Notes under the pieces: model-generated
Seen by the model: the letters and a program-made list of their open reading frames with translations, nothing else
Told to the model about the DNA's origin: nothing
Database searches by the model: none
Sequence record: SRR20825019_1785
DNA: 40,331 nt
Reading direction: 5' to 3' (one strand)
Part shown: positions 1 to 9,021 of the stretch, piece after piece
Layout: every line of letters begins with the position of its first letter
Numbering within the stretch: position 1 is the first letter of the stretch
Translations under genes and position numbers: made by a program

Positions 1-41
1 ATTTGGCCGCGCAAATCCCTGACTCGCCATCAAGGCGAAAT
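1..41 (-). repeat. Partial copy of a structured intergenic repeat (REP/MITE-like), truncated by the window start
   Basis: Positions 2-41 match the reverse complement of 40278-40317 at 32/40 positions without gaps. Contains the hairpin TCGCC-atcaa-GGCGA. Confidence 0.75.
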
Positions 42-107
42 AAAACTAGTAAAAATGATTAGAAACTAGCTTGAGAGATAATTCTTTACTCCAAGCTAAA
101 TCAATCT

Positions 108-1619
108 TCAGGCATGCTGCATTTGTCGCTTGTTGGCGACGCCGGCTTTGGCTTTTTTAGTCAGGCTGGGCAGCTTTTCATAATCAGGGACGCCTTTGAT
201 ATTGGCGCGGGCATAATCCAGTTTCAGCTGCGCTTTCACCTGTCCCTCATCTAGCTCCAGTTCTTCTGTCATTACCACATAAATCATTTCAAACAGCCGT
301 CGCAGGGCAATTTTGTAACTCTGCCCAGCCAGCTCATAGAGCTTGTCTGATAGCTGCATAAAACGGACAAAGGGTTTGTCACTCAGAATCAGCGGCAAGG
401 TGTTGATAAAACGCCCGGAGTTAGCAATCATGTCCCAGAAGCGGGCAAAGCGGTTGACCCGCTGCATGGTCATAAAATCAACTGTGCTGGTCGACAGAAT
501 GTTATACGGTGGCTGCGGGTTGAAACGCAGAGCATAAGGGGCGTTATGCCGGTTCAGTGGCGCGCCGCGCAGACGTTTGAGAATGCCTAACTGGATTTCA
601 TGCGGCTTCAGTGCCACCAGTTGATCAAAGCTGTCGGCGAAATTCTCCAGCGTATCGCCGGGCAGGCCGAAAATCAGATCGGTGTGCAGGTGAGCGCCGG
701 TATGCTCTCGCAGCCAGCGAATATTGTCGCGGGTCTTGTCATTATTCTGTTTACGGCTGATGCGGGTCTGAATCTCAGGATCAAATGTCTGGATACCGAT
801 TTCAAACTGCAGGCTCTGTGGTGGAAATTGTTTCAATACCGTTTTCAGCTTTTCCGGCAGATTATCCGGTACCAGTTCGAAATGCAGGTAGAGATCATCG
901 CTCATCCGCTCCAGAAAAAACTCCAGAATGCGAGTACTGGTACTGACTTTAAGGTTAAAAGTGCGGTCAATAAACTTGAAGTTACGCACACCGCGCAGCC
1001 ATAGCTGGTCAATTTCCTCTAAAAACGGTTCCAGCGGGAACGGGGTTGCGGTTTTATCCAGTGCTGACAGGCAGAATTCGCATTTGAAAGGACAACCCCG
1101 GGAGGCTTCCACATAAATTAGTCGATTACGGATATCCTCATCGTCATAGCAGCGATAAGGCAAGGTCAGCTCATCCAGCTTGGCGGGCTGGCCCTCGATA
1201 AATTTGTCTGTCGGTAATGCCTGCTCAAATATCTGCTGACACAAGTCGCGAAAGCTGATTTCACCCTGGCCGCTGATCACATAGTCAGCGAGTTCACAAA
1301 CCGCTGGCAGATCAGGATGATGACTGATCTCAGGACCGCCCAGCACAATGGTGATTTCCGGGGCTATCTGTTTGATCAACGCTACCGTGTCATGGATTTC
1401 AGCTACGTTCCAGATATAGACACTGAAACCGATAATTCTGGGTTGGTAGCTGAGCAGCTGCTCGGCAATATTCAGGGGCCTTTCCTGAATCGTAAACTCA
1501 ACAATCTCTGCTTTGTGCTGTAATTCATCCAGATTGGCATAAAGATAGCGTAAGCCAAATGCACTGTGCATGTAGCGGGCGTTAAGGGTAGTCAGCAGAA
1601 TATCGCGCTGTGAAGACAT
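108..1619 (-). CDS. Cobalamin-binding radical SAM protein (DUF4080-type C-terminus), substrate unknown
   Basis: N-terminal B12-binding-like domain (IIGFSVYIWN...VLGGPE) and radical SAM motif SRGCPFKCEFC (CxxxCxxC); 503 aa. Confidence 0.85.
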   Translation of the reverse strand: MSSQRDILLTTLNARYMHSAFGLRYLYANLDELQHKAEIVEFTIQERPLNIAEQLLSYQPRIIGFSVYIWNVAEIHDTVALIKQIAPEITIVLGGPEISHHPDLPAVCELADYVISGQGEISFRDLCQQIFEQALPTDKFIEGQPAKLDELTLPYRCYDDEDIRNRLIYVEASRGCPFKCEFCLSALDKTATPFPLEPFLEEIDQLWLRGVRNFKFIDRTFNLKVSTSTRILEFFLERMSDDLYLHFELVPDNLPEKLKTVLKQFPPQSLQFEIGIQTFDPEIQTRISRKQNNDKTRDNIRWLREHTGAHLHTDLIFGLPGDTLENFADSFDQLVALKPHEIQLGILKRLRGAPLNRHNAPYALRFNPQPPYNILSTSTVDFMTMQRVNRFARFWDMIANSGRFINTLPLILSDKPFVRFMQLSDKLYELAGQSYKIALRRLFEMIYVVMTEELELDEGQVKAQLKLDYARANIKGVPDYEKLPSLTKKAKAGVANKRQMQHA

Positions 1620-1691
1620 AAATACCGTTCAGGAAAGAGGAGGCTTTGAAAACAAGGACTTAATTATACCTTGTCGACAGTGCTGGACCTA

Positions 1692-3131
1692 TCATAATGA
1701 TAATTGCTGTCTCAGCGTATCGGCATACTGCTGCAACTGGCTCAAAACCTCGGTCTGCTCCTGAGTCAGTTCCTGCTGACGGCATTCGGCCAGGGCTGCT
1801 TCAAAGCGGGGCAGGTTGAGGATGGCTTGCGGGGCATCCGCACCCAGACGCTGCTGCCGGTAATTGAGCCAGACTTCCTGTTCAGCAGGGTCCAGGGTGT
1901 CAGGCCAGTTACGGGCTCGGTAGCGAAACAACAGTTCATGCAGCCGATTGTCTTCGAACGGTATCGACAGCGTTTTCAACATCTCCGGCTCAGCGCTGCG
2001 AATCACTTCCATTTTGCGTTTATCGTTATCGCTGAAAAAACCGCCACTGTAGAGACTGGCATCCGGATCATCAATCGGCTCAAACGCTGGTTTGGTGAAA
2101 ATGGCATTGAGTTTGGCGCTTAAATCGCCGGCGGCATTGAGCATTTCAAGGTGTTTGTCATGCTCAGCACGATCAATTTGCAGACGTACTGCGGCATCCT
2201 CATCCAATGTGCTGGCAGGCACCACCACAGGACATTTGTTGATATGCAGTGTTTTGAGTGCCGGTCTGCTGACACCGTCTTCAAGATCGGCTGTGGCGGT
2301 AAATAATCTCTCCCGCAGGGTGTCGGCATCGAGCTCAATCAGATCTCTGGGATTATGACGCAGGTCATAAACGATGATGCCGTTGTTGTTAGTCGGGTCC
2401 TTGGCCACTGGCACGACCAGTGCGGTACCGCAATATTCGCCAGGATACATCCGCGACACATGAATCACCGGTTTACGCTCATTGAGGTTCAGCACTGGTG
2501 CGATATCATGCTTACGGCGGTGGTTGAACACAAATTCATACAGCTTGGGCTGGGCATTTTTAATCAGCTTTGCCATCTCGATAGTGGCATAGACATCAGC
2601 CAGTGCATCGTGCGCGCCGCTGTGTTCGATGCCATTGGCGGCGGTCAGATCTTCAAGACGGAAGCTGGGCTTGCCATCTTGCCGATCCGGCCACTGGATT
2701 CCTTCGGGGCGTAAAGCCCGTGTCAGCCGCACCATATCGATAATATCCCAGCGGGAATTGCCGTTTTGCCATTCGCGGGCGTAGGCATCATAAAAATTAC
2801 GGAACAGTGTAAAGCGGGTAAATTCGTCATCAAAGCGCAGGCTGTTATAGCCGACCCCGCAAGTGCCTGGCGCCGCCAGTTCTTCATGAATACGGGCGGT
2901 AAATTCTGCTTCGCTCAGACCCTCTTTTTCTGCCTGCTGTGGGGTCAGACCAGTGACCAGTGCCGCCTGCGGATGGGGCAGAAAATCACCGCCGGGTTTG
3001 CAATAAATCATCAGTGGCTCACCGATGATATTCAGGTCTTCATCAGTGCGTACACCGGCGAACTGCATTGGCCGGTCAAAGCGCGGATCAGTGCCTGAAG
3101 TTTCGTAGTCGTGCCAATAGAGCGTTGTCAT
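1692..3131 (-). CDS. sbcB: Exodeoxyribonuclease I
   Basis: DEDDh motifs WHDYETSG, GYNSLRFDDE and HDALADV; LFRYRARNWP near the C-terminus; 479 aa. Confidence 0.95.
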   Translation of the reverse strand: MTTLYWHDYETSGTDPRFDRPMQFAGVRTDEDLNIIGEPLMIYCKPGGDFLPHPQAALVTGLTPQQAEKEGLSEAEFTARIHEELAAPGTCGVGYNSLRFDDEFTRFTLFRNFYDAYAREWQNGNSRWDIIDMVRLTRALRPEGIQWPDRQDGKPSFRLEDLTAANGIEHSGAHDALADVYATIEMAKLIKNAQPKLYEFVFNHRRKHDIAPVLNLNERKPVIHVSRMYPGEYCGTALVVPVAKDPTNNNGIIVYDLRHNPRDLIELDADTLRERLFTATADLEDGVSRPALKTLHINKCPVVVPASTLDEDAAVRLQIDRAEHDKHLEMLNAAGDLSAKLNAIFTKPAFEPIDDPDASLYSGGFFSDNDKRKMEVIRSAEPEMLKTLSIPFEDNRLHELLFRYRARNWPDTLDPAEQEVWLNYRQQRLGADAPQAILNLPRFEAALAECRQQELTQEQTEVLSQLQQYADTLRQQLSL

Positions 3132-3200
3132 AGGGTTCAGTGAATGAAGGCCGGAAAGTGTAACTTAACTGAGCGCCGCCAGGAGAACAAGCCGGCATAA

Positions 3201-3235
3201 CAGAGCCATACATCGCAGGACGATTTATGGCTCTG
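3201..3235 (-). terminator. Stem-loop after hemL, possible terminator or mRNA-stabilising hairpin
   Basis: CAGAGCCATA...TATGGCTCTG 10-bp inverted repeat with inner ATCG/CGAT pairing; U-tail is weak. Confidence 0.4.
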
Positions 3236-3249
3236 AAAAGTCGGCTTAA

Positions 3250-4530
3250 TTACAGTGTTGCGAAAGCTTCTTTGGCGGCGCTGATGGTCGCCGCAATTTC
3301 ACTGTCGCCATGGGCGGCAGACAAAAAGCCGGCTTCAAATGCAGACGGGGCCAGATAAACACCACGATCAAGCATGGCATGGAAGAACTTTCTGAAGCGC
3401 TCCTGATCACTGTTGGCGACCTGTTCGAAGTAGCTGACTTTTTTATCCTGGGTAAAGAACAGACCGAACATGCCACCCACATGGTTCGTGGTCATTGGCA
3501 CACCGGCCTCATCAGCTGCCTGTTGCAGACCATGAACCAGTTTGCTTGTCGCTGCACTGAGATCGTCATGAAAGCCCGGCTGCTTAATAAGATTCAGCGT
3601 GGCAAGACCGGCTGCCATGGCGATCGGGTTACCGGACAAGGTGCCCGCCTGATATACCGGGCCCAGTGGGGCAATATGTTCCATTACTTCACGTTTACCG
3701 CCAAATGCCCCGACCGGCAGGCCGCCGCCGATGACTTTACCGAAGGTGGTGAGGTCCGGGGTGACACCGTAATGTGCCTGGGCCCCGCCCAGGGCAACAC
3801 GGAAGCCGGTCATCACTTCATCAAAAATCAGCACACTACCGTACTGATTGCAGACTTCGCGCAGGCCTTCCAGGAAACCGGGTTCCGGCGGGATGCAGTT
3901 CATATTACCGGCGACCGGTTCGACGATAATGCAGGCAATATCGTCGCCAAGTTGCTCAAAGCATTCGCGCACTGAGTCCATATCATTAAAACGCAGTGTT
4001 AGGGTGTGTTCAGCCAGTGCCGCGGGCACGCCGGCAGAAGAGGGCACGCCCAGTGTCAAAGCGCCGGAACCGGCCTTGACCAGCAGCGAATCAGCATGAC
4101 CGTGATAACAGCCCTCGAATTTAACAATTTTGTCGCGACCGGTATAACCACGGGCCAGACGAATCGCGCTCATGGTGGCTTCAGTGCCGGAGCTGACCAT
4201 TCTCACCAGATCCATTGATGGCACCAAATCACAGACCAGGTCGGCCATGGTGGTTTCAACCTCGGTCGGTGCGCCGAAGCCCAGACCATGCTGCACAGCC
4301 TCAGTGACCGCACTCAACACTTCAGGATGTGCATGGCCAACAATCATCGGCCCCCAGGAGCCGATGTAATCCACGTATTGTTTACCTTCAGCATCGGTGA
4401 GCCAGGCACCTCTACCTTCGCGGAAAAAAACCGGGTCACCACCAACGCCTTTGAAGGCCCGCACCGGTGAATTGACGCCGCCGGGAATGTGCTTTTGTGC
4501 TCGTTGAAACAATTCGTGATTGGTTTGCAT
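3250..4530 (-). CDS. hemL: Glutamate-1-semialdehyde 2,1-aminomutase
   Basis: [29 protein letters not shown] and PLP-lysine motif [11 protein letters not shown]; 426 aa. Confidence 0.97.
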   Translation of the reverse strand: MQTNHELFQRAQKHIPGGVNSPVRAFKGVGGDPVFFREGRGAWLTDAEGKQYVDYIGSWGPMIVGHAHPEVLSAVTEAVQHGLGFGAPTEVETTMADLVCDLVPSMDLVRMVSSGTEATMSAIRLARGYTGRDKIVKFEGCYHGHADSLLVKAGSGALTLGVPSSAGVPAALAEHTLTLRFNDMDSVRECFEQLGDDIACIIVEPVAGNMNCIPPEPGFLEGLREVCNQYGSVLIFDEVMTGFRVALGGAQAHYGVTPDLTTFGKVIGGGLPVGAFGGKREVMEHIAPLGPVYQAGTLSGNPIAMAAGLATLNLIKQPGFHDDLSAATSKLVHGLQQAADEAGVPMTTNHVGGMFGLFFTQDKKVSYFEQVANSDQERFRKFFHAMLDRGVYLAPSAFEAGFLSAAHGDSEIAATISAAKEAFATL

Positions 4531-4606
4531 GCTGTTTCCTAAATCTCTCCGATAATTTGTAGAAGCAAGATATGCGATAATTCTAACTTATCTATGCAAT
4601 AAGCAA

Positions 4607-6037
4607 ATGATCATGAGTTTAAAATTACGATTGTTGATCATCGTGACCATCATTCTGCTGATTAACTTCGCTGCTGCGGGTTATCTGATGGTACAGAATG
4701 CCAGACAGGCGCTGGCACAGGAAATGGCTTCCAGTACACAATTGGCTAAAGGTCTGTTGGTCAACGCACTGCCGACTTTGCGCTTTTCCAATGATCTGAG
4801 TGAGCGTTTGACGCTGATTGTCGACAGCGTGCGCCATACCCGCCATATCCGTGCCTGGTTTGAAGATATGAACGGTCAGCCCTTGATTGGGCAGGAAGAT
4901 CAGATTGGCTTTTTTAATAAGCCCGATGCACCGGACTGGTTTATCCGCATGATGGAGCCGGAGGCAGTGGCCTTCCGGCGATTGATTACCAAGGGGAGTA
5001 AATCCTACGGTTATCTCGTGGTCGAGGCCGATCCCAGCGATGAAGTGACTGAAGTCTGGCAGGACATCAACACCTTGTTCTGGCTGGGACTCACTTTCCT
5101 GCTGTTGATTCTGGCACTCATCTATCTGGCTTTACGACAAGGTCTGAAGCCACTGTCGCAATTATCTGATGCATTGGGACATCTGGAACAAGGCAATTTT
5201 GCTGCCCGTGTCGACACCACCGCCGTGAAAGAATTGAACCCGATTCAGATCCGCTTCAACCATATGGCCAGTGTTTTGGAAAAAACCATGGCAGAAAACC
5301 ATGCCCTGGCTGGGAATATGCTCAGTCTGCAGGAATCCGAGCGCCGCGATTTGGCGCGGGAACTGCACGACGAACTGGCACCCTGCCTGTTTGGCATCCG
5401 GGTGGATTTAGGCGAAATTGAACGGCTGGCTGAAGAGAAGCAGATTCCGCAGATTGAGGAAAAAGTCGGTTCGGTTAAAACGATTACCAATCATATACAG
5501 TCGCTGGTGCGCAAAATGCTCAGCCGATTGCGGCCGATGACGCTGGATGATTTAGGCCTCGCCGAGGCACTACGCGATATGCTGCATAACTGGCGTGACC
5601 GACAGCCGGAAATCGATTGGGAGTGGGATTTTGTCGGCGATTTTCATGATCTTCCGGATACTTTGCAGGTCACGGTTTATCGTGTGGTGCAGGAATGTAC
5701 GACTAACTGTGTGCGCCATGCCAATGCCAGTCATGTCAAAGTGGAAGTCCGCCGCGAGGGTGATGCGATAAAAGTCGCGGTCACCGATGATGGTAAAGGC
5801 CTTGATTCCAATATGGTTCGCGGTTTCGGCCTGATAGGGATGCGTGAACGTGTCACCGCACTCGGTGGCCGCATCGCGTTTGATACAGAAGAAGGACACG
5901 GCCTGCAGGTGCGGGTATTAATTCCATTGAAAGGTGAAACAAACAATGAAACAGGCAGTAACGATATTGGTGGTGGACGATCATCCGATAGTTCGGGCCG
6001 GCTGTCGTCAGCTAATCCAGCAAATTCCATCGGCTAA
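4607..6037 (+). CDS. Membrane sensor histidine kinase, MoxY/MxaY/MxcQ-like (LapD/MoxY periplasmic domain, HAMP, HisKA_3, HATPase)
   Basis: Two TM helices; N-terminus MSLKLRLL...NARQALAQEM typical of the LapD/MoxY N-domain; H-box ERRDLARELHDEL; N-box QECTTNCVRHA; DDGKG and GFGLIGMRERV. Confidence 0.85.
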   Translation: MIMSLKLRLLIIVTIILLINFAAAGYLMVQNARQALAQEMASSTQLAKGLLVNALPTLRFSNDLSERLTLIVDSVRHTRHIRAWFEDMNGQPLIGQEDQIGFFNKPDAPDWFIRMMEPEAVAFRRLITKGSKSYGYLVVEADPSDEVTEVWQDINTLFWLGLTFLLLILALIYLALRQGLKPLSQLSDALGHLEQGNFAARVDTTAVKELNPIQIRFNHMASVLEKTMAENHALAGNMLSLQESERRDLARELHDELAPCLFGIRVDLGEIERLAEEKQIPQIEEKVGSVKTITNHIQSLVRKMLSRLRPMTLDDLGLAEALRDMLHNWRDRQPEIDWEWDFVGDFHDLPDTLQVTVYRVVQECTTNCVRHANASHVKVEVRREGDAIKVAVTDDGKGLDSNMVRGFGLIGMRERVTALGGRIAFDTEEGHGLQVRVLIPLKGETNNETGSNDIGGGRSSDSSGRLSSANPANSIG

Positions 6038-6581
6038 AGTATTCGAAGCTGAAACCGGCGAGGAAGGCTATCGACTGTTCCAGGAGCAATATCCTGACAT
6101 GGTGCTGCTCGATATTACCTTGCCGGGCATGGGCGGACTGGAAGTGTTGCGCCGCATCCGCGCCAACCGTGAAGATGCCAAGGTACTGATGTTCAGCATG
6201 CACGAAGACCCGGTATTTGCCTCACGCGCGATGCAGGCTGGTGCCCGTGGCTATATCACCAAGAATAATGCGGCCGATCACCTGGTCGAAGCAGTAGAAA
6301 AAGTGCTGGATGGTAAAATTTACCTGAGCCCGGATATGGCACAGCAGTTGGCCATGCTTAACATTGATGCCGGGACCAGTGCGCTCAGCGATTTGTCGCG
6401 GCGAGAACTGGAAATTCTGCGTTTGCTGGGTGAAGGCAAGAGTATGAATGAAATTTCGGATGTACTGGGTATCAGTTATAAAACGGTCGCCAATAACCTG
6501 ACCCAGATTAAAAGCAAGCTGGATATCAACAAAACGGCGGAATTGATGCGCTTTGCTATCAGTCATGGACTGTCATCATAA
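5946..6581 (+). CDS. NarL/LuxR-family response regulator (MoxX/MxaB/MxcE-like)
   Basis: REC domain (VVDDHPIVR, LLDITLPG, GYITK) and LuxR HTH (LSRRELEILRLLGEG...ISYKTV). ATG 5946 chosen over the upstream GTG. Confidence 0.9.
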   Translation: MKQAVTILVVDDHPIVRAGCRQLIQQIPSAKVFEAETGEEGYRLFQEQYPDMVLLDITLPGMGGLEVLRRIRANREDAKVLMFSMHEDPVFASRAMQAGARGYITKNNAADHLVEAVEKVLDGKIYLSPDMAQQLAMLNIDAGTSALSDLSRRELEILRLLGEGKSMNEISDVLGISYKTVANNLTQIKSKLDINKTAELMRFAISHGLSS

Positions 6582-6607
6582 GCGCTAAGCGAGGCGAGAG
6601 AAACACA

Positions 6608-6671
6608 GGAACAAATTCCCGTTTTATTGGGACAAGTCGCTCATTCCTGAAAGACTGGCGAACTGTAAAAT
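6608..6671 (+). promoter_or_regulatory. Candidate activator-dependent promoter: two related boxes 21 bp apart and a -10 TAAAAT
   Basis: GGAACAAATTCC (6608-6619, GGAA/TTCC inverted) and GGGACAAGTCGC (6629-6640); TAAAAT at 6666-6671 with a poor -35 (ATTCCT). Confidence 0.4.
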
Positions 6672-6677
6672 TTGCAG

Positions 6678-6768
6678 CAAGTTATAGAAATTTTCAGCTT
6701 CTATAGTCTTATATTTCTCTCTCCTTCTATGAAGGTTTCGCCGGGTACCTGTTACCCGGCTTTTTTTT
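6678..6768 (+). ncRNA. Candidate small regulatory RNA (~90 nt) with CU-rich anti-SD tract
   Basis: Upstream -10; hairpin TATAGAA/TTCTATA (6683-6705); tract TTTCTCTCTCCTTC (6714-6727); hairpin CCTTC/GAAGG; strong intrinsic terminator; no plausible ORF. The 5' end is estimated. Confidence 0.5.
6740..6768 (+). terminator. Rho-independent terminator
   Basis: GCCGGGTA-cctgt-TACCCGGC followed by T8. Confidence 0.9.
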
Positions 6769-6784
6769 GTCTGAAACCCGCATT

Positions 6785-6829
6785 TGAGAACGCTTCTTAA
6801 TTGCGAATATATATTGTTTCCTATAAAAT
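6785..6829 (+). promoter_or_regulatory. Sigma70 promoter of the TonB operon with adjacent Fur-box-like site
   Basis: TTGCGA(6801-6806)-N17-TAAAAT(6824-6829). TGAGAAC-G-CTTCTTA (6785-6799) resembles the 7-1-7 Fur motif. Confidence 0.5.
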
Positions 6830-6895
6830 GCCTTCTCTTGTTACGATGTTGCTTTTACAATGCCGAACTATCGGTAAATATGGGATCTGATATCT

Positions 6896-7669
6896 ATGCA
6901 ATTGAAGCAGATGATAAGAGGCGGCTGGCCTCTGGCGCTAATCATAGCGCTACCGCTGACGGCGGGTGCTGGCGCTCTGGACGACGCCATCGACACTCAG
7001 GTCGATACAGATATCGCCGCTCAGGAATCACAGGAAAAGATTGATAACCTGGCCGATGAAACGACGGATATGCTCGCCGAGTACCGCGATATTCTGCGTC
7101 AGACCCAGAGTCTCAAAGCCTATAATGACCAACTGGAACAGCTGGTCAGTTCCCAACGTGATGAGCTTGATTCAATCAGTTCGCAGCTGGCGAACATCGA
7201 AACCACTCAACGCGACATCGTGCCGCTGATGACCAAGATGATTGAAGTCCTGGAGCAGTTCGTGGCATTGGATATTCCCTTCCTGCAACAGGAACGTGAT
7301 GACCGTATCGTCGCTCTCAAAACCATGATGGGGCGGGCTGATGTGTCGCTGTCAGAAAAGTATCGCCGCATTATGGAAGCTTACCAGGTGGAAACTGAAT
7401 ACGGCCGTACCATCGAAGCCTACCAGGCCGATCTGGATAGCGAAGCGGATAACCGTACTGTCGACTTCCTCAGAATCGGTCGCGTCAGCCTTTATTATTT
7501 GACACTGGATGGTCGTGAGGCTGGCGTCTGGGATGCCGAGTCCGGTCAGTGGCAGACCTTGCCTGACAATTACCTGCAACCGATTGCCGACGGTCTCAAA
7601 GTCGCGCGTAAACAACTACCGCCGGATCTGATGGTCCTGCCGCTGAAAGCCTCGGGAGGTGAACAGTGA
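6896..7669 (+). CDS. DUF3450-family periplasmic coiled-coil protein (TtpB-like) of a TonB2-type system
   Basis: Signal peptide, coiled coil, EQFVALDIPF, EKYRRIMEAYQVETEYGRT, VDFLRIGRVSLYY. Confidence 0.85.
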   Translation: MQLKQMIRGGWPLALIIALPLTAGAGALDDAIDTQVDTDIAAQESQEKIDNLADETTDMLAEYRDILRQTQSLKAYNDQLEQLVSSQRDELDSISSQLANIETTQRDIVPLMTKMIEVLEQFVALDIPFLQQERDDRIVALKTMMGRADVSLSEKYRRIMEAYQVETEYGRTIEAYQADLDSEADNRTVDFLRIGRVSLYYLTLDGREAGVWDAESGQWQTLPDNYLQPIADGLKVARKQLPPDLMVLPLKASGGEQ

Positions 7670-9021
7670 AATCGTTAATCTCCCTGATTTTGATGCTGGG
7701 ACTGAGCCTGTCGCTGGCAGCGCAGGATAAGCCGGCCAATCTTGATGAATTGCTGGACCAGGTCAAACGTGATCGGGTGCTGGAACAACAGCAGAATAAA
7801 CTACGCGAAGCCGAATTTGTTGAAGCCCATGATGAGCAGGCACGTCTGCTGGAAGAAGCCCGTCAGCAGCTGGCCGCTGAAGAACAACGTACCCAACGCC
7901 TGAATCAGGCTTTTAATGAACTTGAGCAGACGCTTGCCGAGCAACAGGCACAACTGGATGAAAAATCCGGTTCACTGGGCGAGCTGTTCGGCACCGTGCG
8001 TCAGATTGCCAGTGACAGTAACAGCGTGTTGCAAAGCTCGATGACATCGGTGACCAGAAAAGAGCGTCTGGCCTTTCTGGAGCAACTGAGTGAAAGCAAA
8101 CAGCAACCGACCATCGATGAACTGCGCCAGCTGTGGCTGACGCTGCAGGAAGAAATGACCGCCTCCGGCAAGGTCAAACAGTTTGAAGCACCGGTGATTA
8201 CGGTGACCGGGGAGGTGGAGCAGCAAAATGTGACCCGCGTCGGTGTGTTTACCGCTTTCAGTGAAGGCAAGTTCCTGCGTTACCTGTCTGAAACCGGCAA
8301 CCTGGTGGAACTGGCCAGACAACCGGTCGACCGACTCAGAGAGCATATGGTTGAGTTTGCAGAGACTGATACTACTGAACTGATGCCGGCCGTTGTCGAC
8401 CCGACCCGTGGGGCCATTATGGCGCTGCTGGTACAGACACCGACCCTGAAAGAGCGCATTGAACAGGGCGGCTGGATTGGCTATATCATCCTGATTCTGG
8501 GTGCAGTGGGTCTGCTGGTCGCCTTGCTGCAGTTCCTGTCACTGCAACGGGCCAGCAGCGGTGTTGCCAAACAGCAGAAACAAAAAGAGATCAGTCAGAA
8601 AAACCCGCTGGGCCGGATTCTGTCGGTCTATAACGATAAGCTCGCTCAGGATGTGGAAACCCTGCAACTGAAGCTGGATGAGGCTATCCTGCGCGAAATG
8701 CCCAAGCTGGAAAGAGGCTTGATTACACTGGCGATTCTGGCGGCGATTGCGCCGATGCTGGGCCTGTTGGGTACTGTATCGGGCATGATCGAAACCTTCC
8801 AGTCGATCACCCTGTTCGGTACCGGTGATCCGAAACTGATGTCCGGCGGTATTTCCCAGGCATTGGTGACTACCGAACTGGGACTGGCTGTCGCGATCCC
8901 CATACTGTTGATTCACAGCGGTCTGTCGAGCAAATCCAATCGTCTGATCCAGATCCTGGATGAGGAAAGCGCCTCGATTGTGGCCCGAAATGCGGAAATC
9001 CAGCATGGACAGTCTGACTAA
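7666..9021 (+). CDS. TtpC-like long MotA/TolQ/ExbB protein
   Basis: Signal peptide, large periplasmic region and C-terminal ExbB motif APMLGLLGTVSGMI...GGISQALVTT; GTGA overlap with the upstream gene. Confidence 0.88.
   Translation: MKSLISLILMLGLSLSLAAQDKPANLDELLDQVKRDRVLEQQQNKLREAEFVEAHDEQARLLEEARQQLAAEEQRTQRLNQAFNELEQTLAEQQAQLDEKSGSLGELFGTVRQIASDSNSVLQSSMTSVTRKERLAFLEQLSESKQQPTIDELRQLWLTLQEEMTASGKVKQFEAPVITVTGEVEQQNVTRVGVFTAFSEGKFLRYLSETGNLVELARQPVDRLREHMVEFAETDTTELMPAVVDPTRGAIMALLVQTPTLKERIEQGGWIGYIILILGAVGLLVALLQFLSLQRASSGVAKQQKQKEISQKNPLGRILSVYNDKLAQDVETLQLKLDEAILREMPKLERGLITLAILAAIAPMLGLLGTVSGMIETFQSITLFGTGDPKLMSGGISQALVTTELGLAVAIPILLIHSGLSSKSNRLIQILDEESASIVARNAEIQHGQSD

Noticed and set aside
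6784-7044. 86-aa ORF overlapping the TonB promoter
   Set aside because: It covers promoter elements and overlaps DUF3450 out of frame, with no RBS or recognisable motif.
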